Source: Candidatus Buchananbacteria bacterium (GTDB lineage Bacteria; Patescibacteriota; Patescibacteriia; 2-01-FULL-39-33). Taken from it: DNA of 64,000 bases. A model generated the notes under the pieces. The model had not been told where the DNA came from. It worked only from the letters and a program-made list of their open reading frames with translations, and did not search any database. The stretch lies in assembly GCA_030650095.1 (NCBI GenBank), contig JAUSEE010000002.1, positions 6,711-70,710 of the forward strand. The letters run 5' to 3'. The number at the start of each line of letters is the position of its first letter. The first letter of the stretch is position 1. This document shows, in pieces, positions 29,260-39,152 of the stretch. Position numbers and translations under genes: made by a program.

Positions 29260-29937
29260 ATGAGTAAATTATACATAGTGGCTACGCCCATAGGGAATTT
29301 GGCTGATATCACCTTAAGAGCGATTGAAATCTTGAAAGGTGTTGATTTAATTCTCTGCGAGGATACCAGGGTTTCCAGGACATTGCTTGATCATTACGGC
29401 ATTACTACCAAAGTAATTTCTTATCATCAGCATAGCGGGCCAAGTAAAATTAATTTATTGCTGGAGAAAATAAAATCCGGCATTGACGTGGCTTTAATCA
29501 CCGATGCCGGCACGCCCGGCATTTCCGATCCGGGCAATAAATTAATAGCGGACATAATAAAAAATACCGGCCAGAGTTGCCAGATGATTCCCATACCCGG
29601 GCCATCAGCGGTTATTTCTGCTTTGTCTATTTCCGGAGTTCCTACTGATAGATTTTTGTTTTTAGGCTTTATACCCCACAAAAAGGGACGGGAAACTTTG
29701 TTTAAGAGAATAGAAGCCAGCTTGGAAACCGTGGTTTTTTATGAATCAACCCATAGAATAATTAAAACCCTGGAGAGCCTAAACGGACTACTGGGCCTAG
29801 ACAGGGAAGTGGTGGTTTGCCGGGAGTTAACCAAAAAATTCGAAACTGTTTATCGAGGCAATATAAAAGAAGTTTTAGATACAATAAAACCCGGCGTTAC
29901 CAAAGGCGAGTTTGTAGTGGTGGTAGCCGGAAAATAA
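29260..29937 (+). CDS. rsmI: 16S rRNA C1402 2'-O-methyltransferase
   Basis: LYIVATPIGNLADIT, CEDTR, DAGTPGISDPG, RELTKKFE; second ATG chosen given the promoter position. Confidence 0.95.
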   Translation: MSKLYIVATPIGNLADITLRAIEILKGVDLILCEDTRVSRTLLDHYGITTKVISYHQHSGPSKINLLLEKIKSGIDVALITDAGTPGISDPGNKLIADIIKNTGQSCQMIPIPGPSAVISALSISGVPTDRFLFLGFIPHKKGRETLFKRIEASLETVVFYESTHRIIKTLESLNGLLGLDREVVVCRELTKKFETVYRGNIKEVLDTIKPGVTKGEFVVVVAGK

Positions 29938-29956
29938 ATTAAAATAACCATAAATT

Positions 29957-31459
29957 ATGAAAAAATTTTATATCACTACCCCGATTTATTATGTCAACGA
30001 TAAGCCCCATATCGGCCATGCTTACACCACCATTGCCGCTGATGTTCTGGCCAGGTACCACCGCTTAAAAGGCGATGAAGTATTTTTTTTAACCGGCACC
30101 GATGAACATGGTTCCAAAGTGGCGGAGAGCGCTCAAGCAGCCAACAAATCTCCTCAAGAATTCTGTGATGAAAACAGCGCTAAATTCCAGATGGTTTGGG
30201 ACAGGCTGAATATATCCCATAATAATTTTCTTCGCACCACTTCTTTGCAGCACAAGCAGGGGGTAGAAAAATTTTTGAATAAATTAAAAGAATCAGGCTC
30301 TATTTACGAGAGCGATTATCAGGGTCTTTATTGCACCGGTTGCGAGAGATTTATTACCGAGAAAGAGCTACTTGACGGTTTATGTCCCGATCATAAGAAA
30401 GCGCCGGAAGTTTTGAAAGAAAAAAATTATTTTTTTAAGCTTAAAGATTATTTGCCCCAGATAGCCAAACTGATAAATAGCGGCGAATTGATGATTTTGC
30501 CGGAAAATAAGAAAAATGAAGTTTTGGGTTTGATCAAACAGGGTTTGGATGATTTTTCCATTTCCAGAGAAAGTGTCAAATGGGGCATTAAAATACCTTT
30601 TAATGACAGCCAAATAACTTATGTTTGGGTGGAAGCCCTGCAGAATTATATCACCGGCATCGGCTATGGCGCCGATGAGGAAAATTTTAATAAATTCTGG
30701 CCGGCCGATATCCATTTGATGGCCAAGGATATTATCAAATTCCATGCTCTTTATTGGCCGGCCATGCTCCTGGCGGCCGGTTTGCCTCTGCCCAAGGTTA
30801 TTTTTGCCCATGGATTTTTTACCATTGATGGCGAGAAAATGAGCAAGACTTTGGGCAATGTGATTGATCCGGAAGCTTTAGTGGATGAATTCGGCTCTGA
30901 TGCTGTTAGGTATCTTCTTTTATCCCAATTTCCTTTTGGCGCCGACGGCGATGTTAAGGCGGGTAATTTTGTCATCCAATATAATTCTGATCTGGCCAAT
31001 GGCTTGGGCAACTTAACTTCCAGAGTCTTGTCTATGGCCGAAAAATATTTCGACGGCGTTGTGCCGGAAAAAGATTTTGAATTTTCTGATGAGACAGCCG
31101 GCATTTGGCATCAGTATGAAGATGCTATGAAAATCTTTAAAATAGATGAGGTGATTGAAATAATCAGAAAATTCAATTCTTTCGCCGATGGTTATGTTGA
31201 AAGGCAAAAGCCTTGGCAGTTAGCTAAAGAGGACAAGGAGCAATTAGCCAAAGTTATTTATAATCTGCTGGAATCAATCAGGCATTTGGCTTTAATGGTT
31301 TATCCGATTATGCCCGATGTAGCCGAACAGATTTTTAAATATCTTAACCAGGCTGATTGGAAAAGCCATAATTTTAAGGAACTGATTGATTGGGGCGTAC
31401 TTGAGCCGGCAGCAAAAGTTGAAAAAGCCAAAGCCTTGTTTCCTAGGTTAGAAAAATAA
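29957..31459 (+). CDS. metG: Methionyl-tRNA synthetase
   Basis: YITTPIYYVN, HIGH, GTDEHG, KMSKT. Confidence 0.97.
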   Translation: MKKFYITTPIYYVNDKPHIGHAYTTIAADVLARYHRLKGDEVFFLTGTDEHGSKVAESAQAANKSPQEFCDENSAKFQMVWDRLNISHNNFLRTTSLQHKQGVEKFLNKLKESGSIYESDYQGLYCTGCERFITEKELLDGLCPDHKKAPEVLKEKNYFFKLKDYLPQIAKLINSGELMILPENKKNEVLGLIKQGLDDFSISRESVKWGIKIPFNDSQITYVWVEALQNYITGIGYGADEENFNKFWPADIHLMAKDIIKFHALYWPAMLLAAGLPLPKVIFAHGFFTIDGEKMSKTLGNVIDPEALVDEFGSDAVRYLLLSQFPFGADGDVKAGNFVIQYNSDLANGLGNLTSRVLSMAEKYFDGVVPEKDFEFSDETAGIWHQYEDAMKIFKIDEVIEIIRKFNSFADGYVERQKPWQLAKEDKEQLAKVIYNLLESIRHLALMVYPIMPDVAEQIFKYLNQADWKSHNFKELIDWGVLEPAAKVEKAKALFPRLEK

Positions 31460-31574
31460 TACTATTTTTTCTTGTTATTTCTCTTTCCCAACGATGCTTG
31501 TTAAAGGCCCAAGTTCACTGCTAATTTTATTATCAACTTTTTAGAGTTACATGATTATTTTATAAAATAAAAAT

Positions 31575-32066
31575 ATGTTTTTTACTTTAGTGGATGTAAT
31601 TTTAATTGTGGCTGTCGCTGGTTTTGTGATGCTGGGGTTTTTTATGGGATTGATATCGGTTATCGGATCGCTCTTTGGGATAGTTTTTGGAACTTGGGCG
31701 GCCAGCAGTTATTTTATGCCGGTGGCCGATTTTATTTCACCTTATATATTGGGGCATGACGGCTTAGCTAAAACCTTGGCTTTTTTAGCCATATTTTTTA
31801 TCGTTAACAGAGCAGTGTCTTTAATCTTTTGGCTGATTAATAAATCTTTCAATCTTGTTTCCATAATTCCATTTTTAAAATCCATAAATCGCTTAGCCGG
31901 AGCAATCCTGGGCTTATTTGAAGGCGTGGTTATAATCGGCCTGGCTGTTTTTATCATGTCCAAGTTCATTACCAATGTTTCTTGGATTTCTCAGTCGCTC
32001 AATAATTCAAAGATAGCGCACTTGTTGGTTTTAATAACTCAATTTTTAAGCAATTTTATTCCTTAG
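31575..32066 (+). CDS. CvpA family membrane protein
   Basis: 4 TM; INRLAGAILGLFEG. Confidence 0.85.
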   Translation: MFFTLVDVILIVAVAGFVMLGFFMGLISVIGSLFGIVFGTWAASSYFMPVADFISPYILGHDGLAKTLAFLAIFFIVNRAVSLIFWLINKSFNLVSIIPFLKSINRLAGAILGLFEGVVIIGLAVFIMSKFITNVSWISQSLNNSKIAHLLVLITQFLSNFIP

Positions 32067-32067
32067 T

Positions 32068-32931
32068 ATGCTGATTGATTCACATTGCCATGTAAATTTT
32101 AATGCCTATAACAAAGATGACCGCGAGATTATTGATCGGTCTTTGGCTGAAGATATTTGGCTGATTAATATCGGCTCAGAATATGAGACATCAAGAAGAA
32201 GCATTGGGATAGCGGAAAATTATCAGCAAGGGGTTTATGCGGTCGTTGGCCTCCATCCTATTCATGTGACTGGCGATGTCACAGAAAGTGTCATAACTAA
32301 TGGCCAGACGCAAGAAGTGACAACGCGGCGGGAAGAATTTGATTATAATAAGTACAAGGAACTGGCTAAATCATCAAAAAAGGTGGTCGGTTTGGGGGAG
32401 GTGGGGTTGGATTATTTTTATTTTGATAGAAATGAGGCTGATGCCAAGGCTAAAAAGAATTTACAAAAAGAATATTTTAATCAATTTATAAATTTAGCTA
32501 GTGAACTTAATTTGCCGCTGGTAGTGCATTGTCGGGGGCATAAAGACAACCCCTACGAAGTTTATGATGATATTTTAGAAATAATACAAGGCAGTGATAA
32601 AAAAATAAGAGGGGTTATACATTGTTTTGGCGGTAATTCCTCTCAAGCCCAAAAGTTTATTAATCTGGGGTTTTATATTGGCTTTACCGGCATAATAACT
32701 TTTAAGAAAAAAGCCGAAGAACTCCAGCAGATAGCCAAGGAAATTCCTTTGGAAAAAATATTAATTGAAACTGATGCGCCATATCTAGCTCCGGAACCGC
32801 ACCGAGGACAGAGGAATGAGCCGTCCTACGTTAAGTTTGTGGCGCAAAAAATAGCTCAATTAAAAGGTTTAAATTTAGAAGAAGTGGCTAATACTACCAC
32901 AGCCAATGCCAGGAATTTGTTTAATATTTAA
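32068..32931 (+). CDS. tatD: TatD family nuclease
   Basis: DSHCH, GLHP, GEVGLDY, IHCF, ETDAPYL. Confidence 0.95.
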   Translation: MLIDSHCHVNFNAYNKDDREIIDRSLAEDIWLINIGSEYETSRRSIGIAENYQQGVYAVVGLHPIHVTGDVTESVITNGQTQEVTTRREEFDYNKYKELAKSSKKVVGLGEVGLDYFYFDRNEADAKAKKNLQKEYFNQFINLASELNLPLVVHCRGHKDNPYEVYDDILEIIQGSDKKIRGVIHCFGGNSSQAQKFINLGFYIGFTGIITFKKKAEELQQIAKEIPLEKILIETDAPYLAPEPHRGQRNEPSYVKFVAQKIAQLKGLNLEEVANTTTANARNLFNI

Positions 32932-32933
32932 AT

Positions 32934-35021
32934 ATGGTAAACCTAGTTATTTTAATCATTAATTTAATCTCCACCGCCTTTGTTTATTTTGGCCTGCAGC
33001 TTGGTTGGTTGATTAGTTTTAATATTATTTTTTTCTTAGCCTGGCTTTTTTCTTTGAATATTTTTTCGGCTTTGATTTTATCAAAAATTTTTTCTTTACC
33101 AAAAATTTATTTAAAAATATTAAGCCTTTTTTTAGATATCGTACTTCTTGGTTTCATAGCCAATATCTCTACCAGTTGGCTGGTCTTTAATAATCTGTCA
33201 TTTCTAATTTCACTGATGGCAACCAGCCTGATTTTATTCCTCTGGTCTTACGGCTTAAGGAATATAAAACCACTGCCTCAAACTTATTTAGGCAAAAACG
33301 AAGGCTTATGGGATTTTAAGAGCTGGCTTCTTATTGTATTTTCAGTTTTGACTAGTGCTGGTTTTATCGTAATATTTTTAGTTCAAACTAGTGCCTATCT
33401 TTCGAGTCCTTGGCAGGTTTTGCCTTTTTGGTATGCCCTTATAATTTTAATTTTGTTACTTTTTGTTTTTTCTTTGGTTTTTTCCAAAAAAAAGGTTTGG
33501 TTGATCTTGACTTCAATTATTATCATCTCCTTCCTAATGCATTCGTATTTATTGGTTTATAGCCAAGGCTTTGGTGGTGATAAATGGAGGCACTTGGGCT
33601 CGGAAAACAGGATACTTTCGGAACTTGCTTATCAACCCACTCTCTTGGCCAATGATATTTGGTACAAGAATATCGGCGGTCTAAATTTGCCCCAAGCTTT
33701 GATAGCCGGTCCCAAAATTTCTTATGGCTTTGAGTGGTCTTTGGCCGTTACTATAGCCAAAATATTTCAAATTGATATTTTCATTTTAGACAAGTATCTT
33801 ATATTAATATTATGGTCTTTATTTTTGCCGCTGATGGCTTTTATTCTAGCTCTTCAGTTAAAAGTTAAAAATAGATACGCCCTTTTGGCTTCGGCTTTGA
33901 CTTTGATTTTTTATATCTTGCAATATTATGGCAGTCAAACACTCCCTATAAGCTTTTCCGCTTTGTATTTTTTATTTTTAATCAGTTGTTTTTTGTCTTA
34001 TGTGAATAATAAGCAAAGCGGTATTTTGTTATTTTTAATATTTTTGACCGCCCTGTCTTATTTTGGCTATTCCTTGGCTTTTATTATTTTGATTTTGTCT
34101 TTGATTTGGTCTCTAGCTGTCAGCTTAAAGCCGCTTAAAAAATACCTTATTTTTTTTGCCTCCAGCCTGTCTATTTTTATAATTGAGCTAGTGTCTGACT
34201 TCTCTAGCTTAAAGAGCCAATTTTCTCTAAGAGAAATTATCGGTGCCGCCTTGGTAAGGGGCAACTTTTTATTTTTTGAAAAAGGGCAATTTTTACCCCT
34301 GGCTTTAAAATATTGGCCGATTTTATCTCTGATTATCAGTTTACTTTTGGGCGGTGTTTTAATAGCTTCAATTTTAAAAATGTTAAAAGAAAAAAAACCG
34401 ACCCACTTGTTTTTGGTGGGTTTGGGTTTTATTTTGATTATAAATTATTTGTGTTCTTGGATTTTTTTAGACGGCCTTCATACTTTAGCCAGGAGAATGA
34501 ACGTCTTTATAGTCTTGGTTTTTATTTTTGTATTAGCTTATGGCTTATCTTGTTTTGTAAGTCATAAGAATAAAGCTGTCTTGGCGGTTTTAATATTAAG
34601 TCTGGTTGGTTTTTTGACTTATTCCTCCGGCCCGATTTTGGAAGCGGCTGTAAGCGGTGACGACACTTTGTCCATGAAATATGTTTGGAGCCAAGTTTAT
34701 GGTGAGCCGAAGAAATATTGCGTTTTAGCCAATAGCTGGCCGCTTCTGGCCTTGGAATCTTATTCTGCCAAAGAAATAATAGCCGGAAATTTTCCGAGTG
34801 ATTTTAATTATAGCCAGCCGGAGCGGGTTAATTTGCTAGCCGATTTCATTAAAAAACCGTCGCTGAGCCTACTGGACGAAGCCATGATTGTTACTGGCAC
34901 AAGTTCATGCTTTATAGTTATTAACTATAATTCGTTAAATGATGTGATGATTTATCAAATTAATAATCTACTGGGACAACCAAAAATATTCGGTCAAAAT
35001 TTAGTTTGGCGATATAAATAA
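32934..35021 (+). CDS. Large polytopic membrane protein, possibly GT-C-like
   Basis: Many TM helices with a loop GFGGDKWRH; function is a guess. Confidence 0.6.
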   Translation: MVNLVILIINLISTAFVYFGLQLGWLISFNIIFFLAWLFSLNIFSALILSKIFSLPKIYLKILSLFLDIVLLGFIANISTSWLVFNNLSFLISLMATSLILFLWSYGLRNIKPLPQTYLGKNEGLWDFKSWLLIVFSVLTSAGFIVIFLVQTSAYLSSPWQVLPFWYALIILILLLFVFSLVFSKKKVWLILTSIIIISFLMHSYLLVYSQGFGGDKWRHLGSENRILSELAYQPTLLANDIWYKNIGGLNLPQALIAGPKISYGFEWSLAVTIAKIFQIDIFILDKYLILILWSLFLPLMAFILALQLKVKNRYALLASALTLIFYILQYYGSQTLPISFSALYFLFLISCFLSYVNNKQSGILLFLIFLTALSYFGYSLAFIILILSLIWSLAVSLKPLKKYLIFFASSLSIFIIELVSDFSSLKSQFSLREIIGAALVRGNFLFFEKGQFLPLALKYWPILSLIISLLLGGVLIASILKMLKEKKPTHLFLVGLGFILIINYLCSWIFLDGLHTLARRMNVFIVLVFIFVLAYGLSCFVSHKNKAVLAVLILSLVGFLTYSSGPILEAAVSGDDTLSMKYVWSQVYGEPKKYCVLANSWPLLALESYSAKEIIAGNFPSDFNYSQPERVNLLADFIKKPSLSLLDEAMIVTGTSSCFIVINYNSLNDVMIYQINNLLGQPKIFGQNLVWRYK

Positions 35022-35034
35022 TAAATATAATAAT

Positions 35035-35442
35035 ATGGATGATTGTATTTTTTGCAAGATTATAAAAGGGGAGATACCAAGTTATAAAGTTTACGAAAAC
35101 GGAGATGTCTTGGCTTTTTTGGATATTACGCCGGTTAATTCCGGCCACACTTTGGTTATTTCTAAAAACCATTATGATAACCTTATTGATTTGCCGGAAG
35201 AGGAGGCTGGTAAGTTGATCAATGTTATCAAAAAAATAACTCCGGCGATAGTAAAGGCTACCGAAGCTGATGGCTTTAATTTGAATCTTAATAATGGTTC
35301 GGCGGCCGGACAGGTTATAAATCATGTGCATTTCCATATCGTGCCCAGGAAAAATAATGATGGTTACAAGCTTTGGCCCGGCCATGTTTACCCAGCCGGT
35401 GAAGCCGAGATTGTTTTAGAAAAAATCAAGAGTAATTTGTAG
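35035..35442 (+). CDS. HIT family protein
   Basis: CIFCKII and HVHFHIVPR. Confidence 0.95.
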   Translation: MDDCIFCKIIKGEIPSYKVYENGDVLAFLDITPVNSGHTLVISKNHYDNLIDLPEEEAGKLINVIKKITPAIVKATEADGFNLNLNNGSAAGQVINHVHFHIVPRKNNDGYKLWPGHVYPAGEAEIVLEKIKSNL

Positions 35443-35467
35443 TTTGTTTTTAAATTATTTTTATTTT

Positions 35468-35536
35468 TGTCATTGCGAGGGACGAAGCAATCCCAGGCGA
35501 TATAAACATAAGATTGCTTCGTACCTCGCAATGACA
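35468..35536. repeat. GTCATTGCG...CGCAATGAC palindromic repeat, minimal copy
   Basis: TGTCATTGCGAGGGACGAAGCAATC...GATTGCTTCGTACCTCGCAATGACA. Confidence 0.9.
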
Positions 35537-35570
35537 TTTTAAAATCTTTTGACCACAAAACATTCCTCTT

Positions 35571-35733
35571 GTTACTTTTGGTCCGCCAAAAGTAACCAAA
35601 AACTCGCGAACGTAAAAAATCATGGCCAATTATTACATAAGCTCGCTAAAGCTAATAATCAAAATAGCAACAGAATATTAGCTTCTTAACACTCGCTTTA
35701 TGTAAAATTGGCACAATATTTTTTAATGTTCGC
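35571..35733. ncRNA. Candidate structured element, copy B
   Basis: Homologous to 6307-6483 with covarying stems. Confidence 0.6.
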
Positions 35734-35756
35734 CTTATTTTATTAAAAATCTATAA

Positions 35757-35790
35757 ATAAAATAGCGCGGCAATTTGCCGCGCTTTATTT
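35757..35790. terminator. Bidirectional terminator between convergent genes
   Basis: AGCGCGGCAA-T-TTGCCGCGCT with A/T flanks. Confidence 0.8.
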
Positions 35791-36297
35791 TTAACCAATT
35801 ATTTCTCCTCGATTGAATTTAACTATAGGTACTAATTCCCCCTCCCAGAATTTAAGATCAACACCAGCCTCGGTAAATAGCTGCTTAGTCCTTCGAGCAT
35901 GATCTTGCCACTCGGGGGGATTTTGGTCGTCCCAGAATTTATCTATAGTCACGGTTTTTATGCCGCTTTGAATGATGGCCAGAGCGCAATTCATGCAAGG
36001 TATGCCACTGGTGTACATAATACAATCATTCAAAGACACTCCTATAAGCGCAGCATTGCAAACAGCATTGAATTCCGCATGGGCAAACCAAAAATATTTT
36101 TCCGGCCTAGCTTGCCGCTCTGCTAAATTATCATTTATCCCGCGAGGGAAACTGTTGTAGCCGGTGGAACGTATTTCTTTCTTTTGACGTCCAACGACTA
36201 CTGCGCCGATGTGAGTGCTTTGATCCTTGCTCTTGGAGGCTATTAAATAGGCCATAGTCATAAACCAACTGTCCCAATCCGGTAATAAAGGTGTCAT
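35791..36297 (-). CDS. dCMP deaminase family protein
   Basis: SKDQSTHIGAV, GYNSFPRG, HAEFNA, PCMNC; AAGGAG SD. Confidence 0.92.
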   Translation of the reverse strand: MTPLLPDWDSWFMTMAYLIASKSKDQSTHIGAVVVGRQKKEIRSTGYNSFPRGINDNLAERQARPEKYFWFAHAEFNAVCNAALIGVSLNDCIMYTSGIPCMNCALAIIQSGIKTVTIDKFWDDQNPPEWQDHARRTKQLFTEAGVDLKFWEGELVPIVKFNRGEIIG

Positions 36298-36366
36298 AAC
36301 TATTAATTCTCCTTTGGTTGGTGTTTAAAAGGTGCTGGATCTCTTGGCTCTTAAATTAACATAATC

Positions 36367-37722
36367 CTATTCAATATTCAATTCCATAACATTTTCTTTA
36401 TCGGATATGATAAAACTGAAATAAATATTATCGCCCCTGTCGTTAATGGACAAGTTATTTATCTGCCGGCCGGAAAACAATTCAATCATATTTCTTAACT
36501 CTCTGTTGTCCAATTCAATTATTTTTATTTTATCATCGCTAGTGAAGATTATATGCCGGCCCTCGGGGTGCCACAGGGCTTCGCCAATTCCGGCTCCGAT
36601 GCGGGTGATTAATTCCGGCTCTTTTTTAGCTGATTCATAAATCCATATCTCCCAGTTGTTGTAAAAAAGCAAAGTGTCCTGATTCAGCCAAGAAATATCC
36701 TCAGCTTCTTTTTTGACGGTTTTATTTTTTAATTCCGGATCAATAATGAATAATTCTTGCGATTCTTGGTTCATTAAAATCAATTTAGAAAAAATATAAT
36801 TGGAAAAAACACAGCCTTGGCACTTTACTCCGTCGATAATTTCTGGATTTTTGCTTTCAACCAATTTTTGCCTGTAGATGATATCCTTATAAAAATAATA
36901 TATGGTGTCATTATTAAGGATAAAATCATCTACAGCCTTATCAAAAACCAATTTCTTGGCCCTGGTAAATAAGTCAATTTTCCAAATGCCCGAATTATTT
37001 AAGCCGTAAAGCAAATTGTCGTTATTCTGGTCCCATTTTATCAACTTATAATCATTGTCGCTTATGATGGTGGGCTTTATATAGTATCTTTCAGCTTCAA
37101 TTATCAGGTATTCGTTGTTTGATTTTATTAATATCTTTTTGCCGTTATTGGACCAGCTTAATATTTTTGGATTGGCATATTGCCCAGCTTGATAGATATC
37201 ATTGAATTCTTTGGTATCAATGTCTAAGGAAATAACTTTTCTGTCTTCGGTTATAAAAACAATTTTTTTATTGTCAGGCGCCGGCAGCCAATCAATTATC
37301 TGGCGGGCGGCTAATTGAATAGGCAAATTATTTTTCCAAAGTATCACATCCTCGGCAAAAGTGGTGGAGTTTTCTGATATTTGCAATTTTTTGGTCCAAT
37401 CATGGTAGCCTTCTTTTGATAACTTTATTTCATAATCAGCTGGTAAGAGTTTTTCTATTCTGGTTGGTGTCTGATCATTTTCAATTATTTTTCCGTTCAA
37501 ATAAATGTCAGCTTTCTTTGGTATGGAACTGACAATCAAGATGCCGGTTTTTTGGACCTTGCCTCTTTTAAAATTGTAACGGTAGCCCTGGGTGTACAAG
37601 ATTATTAGGGGAGTAACAATTAAAAATATTGTAATAAAAAACAAATAAATCAGCCTTCTAAAGCCCAAATTTTTAGTAGTGATTAATTTTATATTTTTGT
37701 ATTGGCTTTCTTTTTCTTTCAT
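36367..37722 (-). CDS. PEGA-domain membrane-anchored protein
   Basis: TM, GYRYN...TGILIVSSIP, PEGA motif, beta-propeller-like remainder. Confidence 0.8.
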   Translation of the reverse strand: MKEKESQYKNIKLITTKNLGFRRLIYLFFITIFLIVTPLIILYTQGYRYNFKRGKVQKTGILIVSSIPKKADIYLNGKIIENDQTPTRIEKLLPADYEIKLSKEGYHDWTKKLQISENSTTFAEDVILWKNNLPIQLAARQIIDWLPAPDNKKIVFITEDRKVISLDIDTKEFNDIYQAGQYANPKILSWSNNGKKILIKSNNEYLIIEAERYYIKPTIISDNDYKLIKWDQNNDNLLYGLNNSGIWKIDLFTRAKKLVFDKAVDDFILNNDTIYYFYKDIIYRQKLVESKNPEIIDGVKCQGCVFSNYIFSKLILMNQESQELFIIDPELKNKTVKKEAEDISWLNQDTLLFYNNWEIWIYESAKKEPELITRIGAGIGEALWHPEGRHIIFTSDDKIKIIELDNRELRNMIELFSGRQINNLSINDRGDNIYFSFIISDKENVMELNIE

Positions 37723-37723
37723 T

Positions 37724-38977
37724 TTAATCTTTTATTTTTTCAATTTTAGCGCCTATGGCCCTAAGTCGCGGGACTATATTTTCATAGCCGCGTTCTATTT
37801 GATAAATATTGTCTATGGTGGTTTCCCCTTCAGCGCAGAGGCCGGCAATAATTAGAGCCATGCCGGCTCTAAGATCGGGACTTTCTAATTTTTTACCGTT
37901 AAGCTTGGTTTTGCCGCTTACAATTACTCGATGCGGGTCGCACATGATTATATCGGCGCCCATAGCGTTTAATTTATCGGTATAAAAAAGACGGCCGTCA
38001 AAGATGGTTTCATGAATTAAGCTGCGGCCATTGGCTTGAGTCATTAAAACAGTAAAAGGAGCTTGCAAGTCGGTGGGAAATCCAGGGTATTCATGGGTTT
38101 GTATTTCTGTGCCGCGCAGGTAACTGGTTTTAGTAGTTATATAATCCGGTCCAATCTCCAAATCAGCGCCGGCATTTTTTAAGATAGCCAAAACTGTTTC
38201 CAAATGTTCCGGGCGGCAATCGGTCACTTTTATTTTACTGCCAGTTGCCAGACCCATCATTACAAAAGAACAGGCCTCTATCCTATCAGGCATAAGTTCG
38301 TATATTCCAGCTGATAATCCATCAACTCCTTCAATTATAATTTGCGGTGTTCCGGCTCCGGTTATTTTGGCTCCGCATTTATTTAGATACTGGGCTAAAG
38401 CCGGTATTTCCGGTTCCATGGCGGAGTTGATTATGGTAGTAGTGCCTTGCGCCAAACAAGCGGTCATCATCAAGCTCTCGGTGACAGTTACAGAAACTTT
38501 AGGCAAGACTATCTTAGCGCCGGTTAATTTTTTAGCTTTCAGAGTGAAAGATTCTCCATGATCAAATATTTCCGCTCCCAATGCTTTAAATCCGGACAGG
38601 AATAAATCAATAGGCCTTTTGCCGATTATACAGCCGCCAGGGTGGCTCATAGTGACTTCACCAAATCTGGCTAACAGGGGACCGGCTAACACGATGGAAG
38701 ATCTTAGTTTTTTAATCAGTTGCTGGTCGGGAATTGATTTGGTGATGCCACTCGGATCAATTGTCAAAGTTGAATCATGCCACAATAACTTGGCTCCCAA
38801 ACTCTCTAGTATTTCTGTCATTCTTTTAATATCTTCTATTTGCGGAATATTATTGATTTGGCAGGTGTCCTTAGATAAAACAGAGGCCGCCAGTATTTTA
38901 AGAGCGGCATTTTTAGCGCCAGAAACTTTTATTTCTCCGGACAGGGGATGACTGCCGATTATTTTGTATTTTTCCAT
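37724..38977 (-). CDS. murA: UDP-N-acetylglucosamine 1-carboxyvinyltransferase
   Basis: SGAKNAAL, PGGCIIGKRP, PGFPTDLQ, DLRAG, IERGYE. Confidence 0.97.
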   Translation of the reverse strand: MEKYKIIGSHPLSGEIKVSGAKNAALKILAASVLSKDTCQINNIPQIEDIKRMTEILESLGAKLLWHDSTLTIDPSGITKSIPDQQLIKKLRSSIVLAGPLLARFGEVTMSHPGGCIIGKRPIDLFLSGFKALGAEIFDHGESFTLKAKKLTGAKIVLPKVSVTVTESLMMTACLAQGTTTIINSAMEPEIPALAQYLNKCGAKITGAGTPQIIIEGVDGLSAGIYELMPDRIEACSFVMMGLATGSKIKVTDCRPEHLETVLAILKNAGADLEIGPDYITTKTSYLRGTEIQTHEYPGFPTDLQAPFTVLMTQANGRSLIHETIFDGRLFYTDKLNAMGADIIMCDPHRVIVSGKTKLNGKKLESPDLRAGMALIIAGLCAEGETTIDNIYQIERGYENIVPRLRAIGAKIEKIKD

Positions 38978-39152
38978 TACTACTTAGTAATTTTAAGATT
39001 TATTTTAATATATTATTACATATTTATTAATATTTTAATAGTTGACAGGAATATCAAAATATGACGACTTTATGTTTATTACTTAATATCGCCTTTGTTT
39101 TATCAGCTCTTTTTTGATACAATTATTTGATATGAAATAACATTAATATTAC

